A DNA stretch of 61,430 nucleotides, filler included. It is 10 parts of 10 records of this genome, joined end to end, with 100 filler letters (N's around TTAATTAATTAA, not from the genome) between each part and the next. Parts side by side here need not be neighbours in the genome. Positions count along the whole stretch, not along the records: positions 1 to 5,406 come from SRR7504441_2608; positions 5,507 to 9,906 come from SRR7504441_2615; positions 10,007 to 13,602 come from SRR7504441_2623; 7 more parts are not named here. One strand, 5' to 3'. Every line of letters starts with the position of its first letter. Within the stretch, counting starts at the first letter, position 1. Shown in pieces: positions 1 through 11,030 of the stretch. The position numbers and the translations under genes are program-made. A model generated the notes under the pieces. It did not search any database. It saw nothing but the letters and a program-made list of their open reading frames with translations, and was not told the origin of the DNA.

Positions 1-123
1 CAGATGGGCGGCATGGGCGGCATGGGCGGCGAAGGCGATGAGCTGGACAGCGACGACGAGGATCTGCCGGACCTGGAGGCGGACGACGACATGCCCAACC
101 TGGAGGCTGCCGAGGAGAAGTAA
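1..123 (+). CDS. 3' end of a p23/Hsp90 co-chaperone-like protein (partial)
   Basis: Frame 1 reads QMGGMGGMGGEGDELDSDDEDLPDLEADDDMPNLEAAEEK* (TAA 121-123). MGG repeats plus DSDDE-x-LPDLE are typical of p23/PTGES3 tails, but the sequence is low complexity. Confidence 0.55.
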   Translation, partial: QMGGMGGMGGEGDELDSDDEDLPDLEADDDMPNLEAAEEK

Positions 124-334
124 ATCCAGCCGCGGATCAGACTACGTAGATTGCTCCGTGCCATAGTCTTCCCTTGGCCGGCCAATAAGATGGCACTCAT
201 TCACTAGTTCCTAGCATTTGTAGTAGCGTGCCAATTGATAAAATGATCATTTAATGAGTAGGTGCTAACTACTCAGGGTGTCATGGTTTAGTTTCTATGT
301 TACATATCACGTTCACACGTGAGTCTTGATCTCA

Positions 335-2340
335 TCATAAGCTTAAGTGGTGCACCACACCCTGTAGCGACATCACCTGCAAATAAAGGGGTGAGTCACA
401 ATCCTCGCACCCGCCCGCGACCTTCAATTGCGACGCTGCCCGGTCTACCTTGGACTTCATCTTAAACTCGTGCCACTCTTGCCTCGCCTTGTCGCCAAAT
501 ATTGGCTCAAAGCTCAGCTTGCCCAGAGCCACCCTCACCAGCTGCCCCACCAGCTCGGCCAGCTCCTGACCCAGCAGCCGCACCTTGGCCCTGAGCCCGG
601 GCTCCAGCCGCTGCTGCATGGCCACAGTGGCAGCCTCCTCCACCCCGGCCGATACACCCGGCAGAAGCCCTTCAGCTAGCATCGGGAAGCCCTGACCACA
701 CACTCAGCTATCGGCCCTGCGTGCCCACCCACCGTCCTGGCCAGCTTGGGCAGGCTCCACAGCGCGGCAGTATTCCAAGGGACAGTGCAGCCGTCCAGCA
801 GCTGCTGGCCAGGGCTGAACGTGTGTCCTGTGAGCGCGGCTCCGACCACCAGCGTATCGCTGTCCAGCTGTGCTCTCAGAGACTCGAGTTGCTTAACAGA
901 CGGTCTCAGCTCGACAGACTGAAACAGGATGCTATCGGCCCGCTCCTCGAGCGCAGCCGCCACGAGCGCGTTGAGTGCTGCAGTGAACTTGCCCCAGGGC
1001 GTGACTAGCAGCACTTTCACTTCCAGCTCAAGGCTTTCGACTAGCTCCAGCACTCGCGCGTGGCACACACTGTCAGTGGCCACTCCCACCGGGCAGCCAG
1101 TGCCCGTCGCGGCCAGCAGAAACTCCTTGAGCGAGGAGAGGTCCTGTGGCGGGAGCGCGCCCGCTGGGCAGTGGACACGTGTCGCAATGAACGTGCTGCT
1201 CTGACTGTCCTCTGGAGCCTCCTCCCGGTCCGACTGACCGAGCATCGGGACGTACTCGTCCTTGTACCACTGGCACAGCCTGTCCAGTCCCTGCTCGAGA
1301 GCCACCTTGGGCCGGTACCCGAGCATCGAGCCGGCTCTGCAAATGTCTGCAGCAGTGCGAGGCACGTCGCCGGGCTGTGCCGGCAACTGCCGAATGTTGG
1401 CCTGGATCCCAAGCTTGCGCTCAATAGTGGCGATGAAGTCCCGCAGCGACACCGGGTTTCCGTTGCCCAGGTTGAACACCTGGCATCCGAGAGGCTTGTC
1501 GAGCGCCAGCACGATTCCGTCGACGATATCGTCTATGTACGTATAGTCGCGTTCGGACGAGCCATCGCCGTACCTGTCGATCTGGATGCCGTTGTAGATC
1601 CGGTGCACGAACTTGAACGGGGCCATGTCGGGCCGGCCTCCCGGGCCATAGACTGTGAAGAACCGGAGGCCAGTCGTGGAGAGTTGGTACAGGTGGTGGT
1701 ACGTGTGCGCCAGCAACTCGCAGCTCATCTTGGTGGCCGCGTACGGCGAGACCGGCTTAACCGTGCTCTGGTCCGCCTCGCTGAACAGCTCGGCCTTGCA
1801 GTCGCCGTAAACCGAGCTGGACGAGGCGTAAACGAAGTGTGGGGACCCGTGAGTCCGGGCTAGCTCCAGCAGAGTCGTGGTGCCCTCCACGTTGGAGTGC
1901 AGGTAAATGAATGGATCCTCCAGCGATGGGCGCACCCCGGCCCGGGCCGCCAGGTGGCAGACCGCCGTGAACCGCTCCCGGACGAACAGGGTTTCCATTA
2001 GCGCCCTGTCGCAGACGTCGGCCTGCACCACGTGCAGCTGCGCCCCGTACCGCTCCTCGAGCCGGCGCAGGTTGGCCCGTTTGATGGTGACGTCGTAGTA
2101 GTCGTTCAGCTCGTCCACGATCACCACCCGGTCCCCACGAGCCAGCAGGGCCTCGGCTGTGTGTGAGCCGATGAACCCAGCCCCGCCCGTGAGAAGCACC
2201 CGCCGGCCGGAGAGCTCCTCGCTGTCGGACAGGGTGAAGTCGCTGTCCGAGCCGACCAGTTCCGTGCTGCCTGCAGACTGCGACATGTGTGCGTGTGCTG
2301 GTTGGGTAACCCAGCCGGGTCCGGTCGTTCTCCGAACCAT
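335..2340 (-). CDS. UDP-glucuronate 4-epimerase-like extended SDR fused to an uncharacterised C-terminal domain; about 3 short introns in the 3' part
   Basis: Motifs TGGAGFIG, HLAARAGVRPS, YASSSSVYG, SPYAATK, RFFTVYGPGGRPDMA, RDYTYIDDIVDG, QPGDVPRT. Removing the GT-AG intron at 692-732 (41 nt) joins KLART to GFPMLAEG and continues to the stop at 335. Confidence 0.85.
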
Positions 2341-2664
2341 TTGACCGTAGTCAAGTTGACCGGTGTGACCGATTTTACAAGTATTTAATTACGCAGTAAC
2401 AGGTACGGGTTTTCTTTTCGACAATCTCCTGCAACGGCCTAGAATCTGACATGGTAGCTGTGGAGAATCATGCATGCGTCTAACACGTGTCTGAGAAAAT
2501 TTTATTGGTGCTCGAAAGCCAGATTAATTAAAGCGGCGCTAAACCGTTCACGTGCGTTTCGATTATGCGAGACATGCTCTTACAGAAGCTCTATGGCTAA
2601 CAGTGTTGCATGACAAGCAATAGTAGGGCAGCGCTATATAGCCAGCACAACAGCAGCACGCGCT

Positions 2665-4332
2665 TTAGAGCTCGTCATGATCAGCGGGTCCTGGAGCAGC
2701 TCGCCCGGGCTGGCCAAGCCCCACCCGCTGCTGCACATACACCATCGGCCGCACCGCAAACGGCGACCGGGCTTGGAGCAGCTCGCGAGGCCGCAGCCCG
2801 GCGAACCCGTGCTCAATCACAGTGGGCTCAAACCCGGGCACCGACGCATTGGCAGTGAGCAGGTGGGTGAAGCCAGCAGGGTCTATTTCGGCCTCCTCCT
2901 TTGAGTACTGCCAGCGGCCGTTGGTCTCCTGCCCAAACCTGCAGAGCAAGGTCTCAGCGGCTCCGGGTCCGGCTGGCGTGGGCACCGCGACACACCCGTC
3001 ATGGCCGGCAGCACCCCGATGTGCACGCGGCAATGATCTATAGGACATCCGGCCCGGTGCATCGCCGCGAATGCGTGCCCTCCCGGGTAGTTGAGGCTTG
3101 AGGCTCTGAGGAAACACAAGCTCGCCGCGCCCGACGCAGCCAGCGCCATGAGCCCGCCAGCGAGCACCAGCCGCCATCCTACAGAGTTCTGTGCGCGCTC
3201 ATAGATCATTCCGAGCCCTCGCCCGGCGGCCATGCTGATCAGCGGCAAGGCGTAGATCACAAACCTGAGCTCCTTGTGCGGGAGCATCGAGTACAAGCCC
3301 ACAAACAGCGCCACTGGGGCTAGAAGCTTGGCCAGCCATCGATCCAGTCCAAATCCAGGCTCGAACCGGACAATTCCAAACGGGGCCAGCAGCGCCGAGC
3401 CGAGCAGCGCCCGTGGGAGGGCCGAGCTGGCGTACCAGTGCCATGGCTGGGTGCCCCACTGGTGGCTCTTGTTGAGCACAGTGTTAAAGTACAAAACCTC
3501 CAGCTCTGGACCTGCCCGCCCGTCAGCCCGCACCGGGAGCGAGCGCACATAGCGGCCGCTGCCACATGAACGAGTCCACCGCAAACGAGAGCGCCGCGCT
3601 GGCCAGCACCGCCTGCAGGCCCCAGCGCACGGCCGGCAGCAGGCCGAGCTCGCCTGTGCAGAGCCCGACTAGCCCTACAGGCCCGGCCAGCACGAGCACA
3701 TCACACCGGAAGACCACAGTGGCGAACGCCATCAGATACACCACCCCGCGCCAGTTCCCGGCCTCCCAGCAGACGATCCCCCAGAGCACCGGCACCAGCG
3801 CGAAGCTGTTTGGCAAGGTGCGGCTGGCGTAGAAAAGAAAGTGGAATTGCGCGCACATTGCCAAGACGAACCCGCCGGCTGTGGCTGCCCCGTACCGCCG
3901 CCCGAGCTGCCGGGTGAGCGCCCTGAGCGGGAGCCATACCAGCACCAGCAGCCCCGCGCGCACCGCCAGCAGAGCCCAGAGCTTGGGCAGGCCGAGAAGC
4001 CGGATCAGCGCCACCGCCGGCCCAGCCAGCCCGGCCAGCGCTATTGGGCCGACGAAAGAGCGGGGGACTACGCCGGGGAACTCAAAGTGGTCGAATTGGG
4101 CCAACCGGCCGGTGTAGAGCAGGTCGTGACTGGCTTGGAGCCCGAAGCTCTCCTCGACCTTGGTGTACGGGGCCGCCGCGATGAACCCGAGCCCGAGCCC
4201 GAGCACGGCCCACTGCGCGGCCAGCACCCGCCGGAGCCCCGGGCTGGGTGTCGAACGGGCAGCGGTCAGCTGGGCCACGGCCTGGTCTCCGAGCACCCTC
4301 CGGACTTCCCCCAGAGTAGCGGTGCCCTGCAT
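2665..4332 (-). CDS. ALG12: Dol-P-Man alpha-1,6-mannosyltransferase (GT22), 2 introns
   Basis: PYTKVEESFGLQASHDLL, FDHFEFPGVVPRSFVG, QFHFLFYASRTLPN, LPHKELRF, NYPGG, AMTGVSRF...YSKEE. Two GT-AG introns (about 37 and 47 nt) reconcile three ORF pieces. Confidence 0.92.
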
Positions 4333-4388
4333 TCTGCCGCGTCAACGGACTTGTCGGTTATCTCTGTAGACGCCGATCGAAGCGAAGC

Positions 4389-5406
4389 ATGGGGTGTGAA
4401 GGGAGCAGCGAGAAGAAGACCGAGAAGGAGTACGAGGAGCACGCGGCCGAAGTCGAGCCGGCCCCGACCCCGCAGGCCGTCGAGAAGGTGATCACCGACG
4501 ATGTCAAGTCCGAGGTTCAGGTGGCTGGCCGCTCGCTGCGCCGCCCGAGCGCGGGGCAGGCGCTCTCGGCGGAGACTGAGCACCAGCTGTTTGAGATATA
4601 CGGGGTCGGGGTCACTGTGGTGGCTCAGGCGCTCATGCACGTGATGTGGCTCCCCGGCCCCGGGCCCCAGGCTGATCCATCACAGGCGGGGCGAGATCGA
4701 AGCCGCCAAGTCGCTGGTCGCGGTGGCCGGCGCTCGCAAGGTGGCACCCGGGGACAAGGCCCGGAGCAAGCGCGACGTGGACCCCTGCATGCTCCAGGCG
4801 CCCGGGCTGGCCCGGTCCGGCCGATCTGCGGGCAGGGCGTGGTCGAGCTCCTTTCTCTAGAGGAGCACGTGGACGCCCTCAAGGCCGCCGGCAAGCCGCA
4901 AGTCGAGGTGGAGAACGCCATCCGGATGGCCACTTGCTCCTGGCTGCTCGGACACCCGTACCAGGGCAAGAAGGCGGGTCGGCCGGTCGGCGGCGCGTAA
5001 ACGGCTGGTCAGATCCCGACCCCCCGGAGTGCCAAGCTGTTGTTTGAGAGGTTCATGATCGAAAAGTACTTTGACGACCCCGAAGGGCTCACCGAGCTGG
5101 GTGCGCCCGGCCGGCGGGCTGGATGAGCCTCCCGGGGGCGCAGGGCTGCTTGAGCAGGTCGGGCTTACTGGACACAACCGCCACCTGACTGCTCGCCCGA
5201 CCGGCGTGTACCATCGGCTGCACGCTGTGCTGGCCACCAACACACTCGAGTGCCTGGAGGAGCTGATCGCCCAAGGCAACATCATGACCATCGAGTCCGA
5301 GGACCGTGTCTCGCTCGAGGTGCTCCGACCGGGCTCAGACAGAGGGCTCGATTGGAGGCAGGTGATGCGGGAGACCCTCAAGCGAGAGATTGACTTCAAC
5401 ACCACC
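4389..5406 (+). CDS. DUF885-like (putative zinc peptidase family) protein, 5' part, about 6 introns, cut by contig end
   Basis: The spliced product contains PTPRSAKLLFERFMIEKYFDDPEGLTELGLLEQVGLTGHNRHLT, resembling the N-terminus of bacterial DUF885 proteins (FxERxF...DxPExLTxLGxLExxGxxxHNxxL). Starts MGC. Confidence 0.6.
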
Positions 5407-5506
5407 NNNNNNNNNNNNNNNNNNNNNNNNNNNNNNNNNNNNNNNNNNNNTTAATTAATTAANNNNNNNNNNNNNNNNNNNNNNNNNNNNNNNNNNNNNN
5501 NNNNNN
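5407..5506. other. Artificial contig spacer (N-run, TTAATTAATTAA, N-run). The same spacer occurs at 9907-10006, 13603-13702, 16895-16994, 28685-28784, 36192-36291, 42895-42994, 46429-46528 and 50892-50991
   Basis: Identical 100-bp block with a six-frame stop linker; genes are cut at these points. Confidence 0.99.
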
Positions 5507-5688
5507 GAAGCAGACATCCCAGCAACACGACAAAGACGTCACTGGCAAAGCAAAGACGTCTTGTTGTCTAATGCATGTGTACTAAGTCTTCATTGTGACA
5601 GTCGACGTCTCTAATATAACAGTTATGTAGCTGGCGGAGCTCTATAACTACACTTGATAATCCTAATTTAATGCCAATCGTTTTGAGT

Positions 5689-8600
5689 TCAATGTCCTAA
5701 TTGATGGAAGTCGTCGTAAACTCTAGTGAACTCTTTGCATGCGTCTTCTGCATGCGGCAAGCTGCATCGATCCGGGTGGATCATTTTCATGACCTTTCGG
5801 TACATTTTCACAATTCTTTTCGCATGTAACTCGTCATCGGACATGTTTTGGCTCGTAATATCGAGCCCAAACATGTCCATCAGACGACGGAGTGCCTGCG
5901 CTTTGGACAGATGGGAACATACATATACTTCCCGATGGCTCTCAGCAATCCTCAATATTTGTGCAATCGCGTCGGCTGGTTCCATGTCCAGAATGCATTT
6001 GCGAGGGGGAGATGGTGGGTGCTGGGCCGTTCTGTGGGGGCCTGGCGGATGCTCTGCTGGTGGAGAAGGTTGGCGAGGTGGAGCTTCGTCCTCACTGTCA
6101 CTCGCTGACGCCTCATCAGTGTTCCAGCCGTCCCAGTCAGTTGCATCAGGACTATCGGACTGTTCAGGCTCTGCACTAGCCCACATGCCATTGTCCACAG
6201 CAGAAGCACGGTATTCATGCAACCGGCGGTGATATTCTTCGAGATTGTCACCAAGTCGTCTTATCAGTTCTGCATCTGCAGTAAGGGAGGTGCCGCATAC
6301 CATTCGCCTTTGACAAGCCTGATAGATACGAACATCCACAGATTGGTCTGCCTCAGGCAGTGCAGCGTGGCCCATGAATCGGACCGCTCGGCCCACACGC
6401 TGAAGAAAATCACTCGCACTGGTTGGGACGTCAACAAGCAGAAGGCGCCGCACTCCTTTGAAGGACACTCCCTCGGAACACTCTTGAGAATTTGCAACCA
6501 TTACTCTGATACTAGAATCCGGCTGATTGAATGTGCATAGAGCACACTGACAAGACCCACCAGCCCTTGAACGATCACAGCGCTTGCCTAGAAGTGGTAT
6601 GATCTTCTCGTTGCTCTCTTGTGAAAAAGGGTATCCCCTCACGACAGCGTCACCAAGCTCAGAGGCGAACATCTGCAGCAACAGTTTGTACCCATGATTT
6701 CGATGCACCATCACAAGCGTCTTCACCACAGGGGCTGCTAGTACATCTTTCACAACCACCTGCAACTTCGAGCAGAAGCCATGTGCGCGTCGGCTCTGTG
6801 CTGCCGAGCCAGCAGTCTCGTCTCCCAAGGCCAGCTTCAAGAGTGTACCTGAATGCCCAAGCACCTTATCTGCAACATCTCTCCGACCAGCATAGGTGGC
6901 AGACTGCGCGAGGGAGCATAATCTGCTGAGGCTTGCAAGGTCATCGAGCTCTAAGCTTGCGAGTCTCACGATCGAACCATGCCGTAAAAGCTTTTTCTCG
7001 TATTCCGTCCGATTTCCTATGCACCGTTTTACCTTCCTGGATTTGAAGGCGTGACCAAGTGTTGCATCGGAGAAGTTGCGAATGTTGAAACCCCGTATCA
7101 TTGATTCTGGTATCGACTGTGGTACACCAACTGGACTCACCTTGGGGAAGACCTTTGGCGGGGTGTCCATATAAAAAGATATGAAGCCTTCGTCGTTTAG
7201 CACTTCTTGACCCTGTCCTTTGATGATCGCTTTGAGGCGCTCGCCGTCTGCAAGATGGTCACACAAAGGTGTGCCTGTGAGCCCGATAATGACAGAATTC
7301 TTTGCTGTGTGTAAGAGGTGTCTAACTCGCTTGATCATCTCAAGGCGTCTCTTGCTTTTCAAAATCTCACGACTTGGACGGATCAGATTGTGAACTTCAT
7401 CCAGAAGGATGATTTTGTTCGAGAAGGGGTTGAAGTAGTTGTTGAAGTCACTGTAACCACCTTTTGATGGCAACTCTTCGGGATAGGAACCCGCATATCC
7501 ATCAGGACACTTGAAAATGGCATTGATTCTATCGCCACATGATTGATTTCCACCTGCCTGTGTATATGAGAATGCGCGAAGTGGAGCTGAGGGCAGATCA
7601 GGATCAACAAGATAGTCTTGGTGCACTCGACCTTGGTGAAGGATCCCTTGTAGCTCGAGACCTTTCTGTGGACTTCCTTCAAAGCACATGCGCTTGAGAT
7701 AGCTGGCATACCGGTTAGGAGCGCAGAATTGCCCTTGATTGGTCGTCTCGCTCAATTCACGATAAAAGTTGTCGCAAACAGCTCGGTTGGGGAATAACAG
7801 GAGTTTGGGCCGCCGATCCAAGAAGAAGTTGTCTGCGATCTGAATCATCGTTCTAGTCTTACCAGCGCCAGTACGGTGAATTGCAAGCATCCGTGGATTC
7901 GGGTACGTTCCGGGCCGGCACAGAAAGCTGACGACTTCCTGCATTCCAACACATTATAATAATGACACAGACACAACCATTATGGGTCACCTGGTATGGT
8001 TGCAGCTTTGGCTTTTCTGCGCTTGTAACCCAACAGACCGGCCTGAGATGCGTCGGCAGTAATACTTCAGGGTTACTGGGGACTCCTGCCTCACGCATGC
8101 GTGCCTGCGCAAACGCGTTGAAGCCCACATGCCCTGGCGGCACGTAGCCGTCAACGCTCTCCCAGCTCGGGCGGTACGGCAGTATCGCTCGTGCATTGCC
8201 ATCAAACTCCGTTCCCTCTGGGGCAGATCCCTCCGGGGCACTCGCTTCTGTAAAATTGGCGCCTGAGGCTTCCGCCGCCCCACTAGACTCTGCTTCTTCG
8301 TCGTCACTGCTACTGCTGTAATCTTGAATTGTCCATTGTATATCATCTGCAGCTGGGTTGGCCGCACCAGCTGCGAATTCATCCTCGCGCGCCACAAGCT
8401 CAGCCTCACGCACGGCATTTTGGATTCTTTCAACGACAGACTCCTCATCGTCATCCGCAGCAACCGACTCTGAAACGGTGTCAGTGCCAGCATTAACGGT
8501 GTCAGGGCAGCTGGTGTTCCCACAGCTGATGCTAGGGGCGTTACCATCCGACTGGCGCTTATTACGCCAGATTTGCTTCTGGCCACATAGAAACTCCTGT

Positions 8601-9268
8601 GTGATCCGGGGGATGGTGACAACGGGGGCAGTGCGCCTAGGCGGGCAAGGATTAAGATTGATGCAGATCCCAGACATTGCTTCATAGATGTGGACTTGAT
8701 AACGGATGAGTTTGTTGATTGGGTGGTTGAGAGCCCAGCCATGGGTCTTATCGAGGCACTCTGGACCTGACTGATAAGGGAGCCAGACGGCAGCCTCGCT
8801 TCTCAGTGATTCAAGATCATCGGCAAGCTCGATGCGTCTGTCTTTGTAAAAGGCTGCGCCTGGTTTGTTTTTGTTTACAATGCCCTCGCCGTTGACCAGC
8901 TTCTCTACGACCCTCATCACCTTGTTCACGTTGCTTTCAGTGAGACCCTCCGTATGCGCGAGGTACTCACGCATCTCCTCTCCATTGAATTCCACCCCTG
9001 TTAATCGAGCGCGCTGCTGAGCATCGAGTGAGCCTGTTCTTCGTCGAGGACGGCTGGCCTCTTTGATGGGCAGTGCTACCTCGGGATGCTCCGAGACATC
9101 ATTGCCCACCACGCCGGCCGGCGATATTTTGCGTGCTTCGCCAGCCGGTATTTCACACGTGGTATCATTGGCACTCTGTTGACCGGCCTGATCATCATCA
9201 GCCCGGGGAGGTGGTCCTGTATGCGCCCCTCCTCCCAGAGCACTGGACTGCTCGCGATCTCGCTTCAT
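5689..9268 (-). CDS. SF2 helicase of poxvirus D6/D11 (NCLDV) type with an N-terminal unknown domain and a C-terminal J-domain; 1 intron (7939-7990)
   Basis: The 52-nt GT-AG intron restores LQPYQ|EVV. Motifs: HRTGAGKT (Walker A), LLDEVHNL (DExH), GLTGTP, SEGVSFKGVR, QRVGRAVRFMGHAALP...VDVRIY. C-terminus YRKVMKMIHPDRC...AEDACKEF is an HPD J-domain. Confidence 0.8.
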
Positions 9269-9599
9269 GGCGCTCAGCGCGGGGTACAAAGAGCAGCAAC
9301 CGACGCCAGAGCAGGGTGCGTGCGACGAGCGTGCAAATTTGAACCGGACACATCCGGTGCCGCCGGGTAGACGTGTCCAGCCGTTGAAAAAGAAATGAAC
9401 CAGTCGCGTTTTTTTTTCGTGTTCTGACTTCGTGATTATTCAGATTTCTGTTGGAGACTGATTTCATTCTACGAGTACAATCGTATACTTATGATGTGAT
9501 GATAATGTGATGAATCTGATGATCATCATGATTACGTGCACATGACGTCGACTTGTATACGAATATGACTAACCTATACTCATGATTGTAAATCATTTT

Positions 9600-9906
9600 C
9601 TCTCCACTTGTTGAATTGTATCGCCAGCAGGTCTTGTCATCATCCAGCCTGAGTCGCCTCAACTGTGGCTCCTTGTCCCTCCATTTCACAGCAGTTCTGA
9701 GTCCACCCTCCAGCCCCAGCACCCAATTCATATTCAGCTCAACCACCATCGGCCTGTGATCTGAATCATTGACCCTGTGCCCCATGTATACCCCAGCCGC
9801 TCTGATTATCCCCTGCCTGACCAGAACCCTCGTTGCCAAAACATGGTCAGGGCAAGTCTCATGTGCCCCATCCTCCTCCGACCTCTTCCAAGTTTTTGCC
9901 TCCCTG
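9600..9906 (-). mobile_element. Relic of a non-LTR (LINE-like) retrotransposon: C-terminal part of the APE endonuclease
   Basis: Reads KTWKR...TCPDHVLA...GVYMG...NDSDHRPMVVEL (TW, xDHV and SDHxP motifs). Sense strand is strongly purine-rich. Homology stops near 9600 with no RT downstream. A host EEP-family gene cannot be fully excluded. Confidence 0.65.
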
Positions 9907-10006
9907 NNNNNNNNNNNNNNNNNNNNNNNNNNNNNNNNNNNNNNNNNNNNTTAATTAATTAANNNNNNNNNNNNNNNNNNNNNNNNNNNNNNNNNNNNNN
10001 NNNNNN

Positions 10007-10757
10007 ACGTACCTCTGGCTGGTCGCGTGGAATCTTCTCTCCCAGCCAGCGGGAAGCCACGGCTCGGCCACTGCTGCGTCCTCCTGGGCCTGGGCCCTCT
10101 CCCGAGCTGCTTCAGCCAATGCTGCGGCGTCGGCGGCGCTCGCCTCGGCCTGGGATAGTGCCTTTGCATTTGCCTCGGCTGCCAAATCTGCTCGCGTCTT
10201 CCACCGTGCCTCCTCTGCCTTGGCCCAGGCTACAGCCCAGGGCGGTCGGGCATTTGCTTGCGCCTTCAACTGCGCAACGTTGGCAAGCGCCTTGGCCTCA
10301 GCCTCGGCTGCGGCTTCGGACTCCGCAGTTGCTCTAGCCTCTGCGTGTGCCTTCAGCTGAGCCAATCCAGCCTCGGCCTTTGCCTTTGCCTCGGTCCTCG
10401 CCTTAGTCGCCCCCGCTTCTACGGGTGGCTCGGGTTGCTCTACCTCGAGCACAAGCGTCGCCTGACCCTCCTCTTTTTGGTTGAGCCAGCACTCAGCCAG
10501 GTCAGCCTCAGTGTCCAAAGTCACCCAGTCCGCCTCCTCGTCCCGCCTGCCCCCCGACCCTCACCCCTGCCCCGCCCCATCTCCTACCAGAAGAGCTTGA
10601 AACGCATACAGTCGAGCTCAAGCATCTCGGCCACCGCCACCCGCAGTTCGCCGAGGCAGAGTTGCTCACCGGTCGGACTGACGGTCCGCCGTAGCAGCTC
10701 CTCCGATCCGCGAGCCCGGCACTTGATGATCACTGCGCTGGGCGGCAGCGCTTCCAT
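10007..10757 (-). CDS. PB1 domain + Ala/Glu/Lys-rich helix + WW domain protein (3' truncated); intron 10547-10587
   Basis: Spliced: IIKCR...FKLFW|RDEEADWVTLDTEADLAEC (PB1 basic Lys and OPCA motif). LPAGWERRFHATSQRY is a WW start at the contig end. Confidence 0.75.
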
Positions 10758-11030
10758 TCTCGAAGCGTTATGATGCTGAACATGCGGTCGAGAACAACGC
10801 AAGGCGGATCTCAAAACGACACTGGATCATGACTATTAATACCGTCAGCTGACCGTAGTTGAAATAACGTAGACGGTAGATCTATGAAGATGTACGAGTA
10901 CACATAGGATAATTCAGGGCCTTGCAAATAGCTTCATACTCTTAGCGCGTACTGAGTGTATTGTACGAACTCGTTCTACGGTAAGTATCTTGAATCTACA
11001 TACTCGTACTGTACGCAGTACTCGTACACG

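Noticed and set aside
5507-9906. Endogenous giant-virus segment
   Set aside because: Only one virus-like gene is present and it has a spliceosomal intron; no capsid, polymerase or packaging ATPase is visible.
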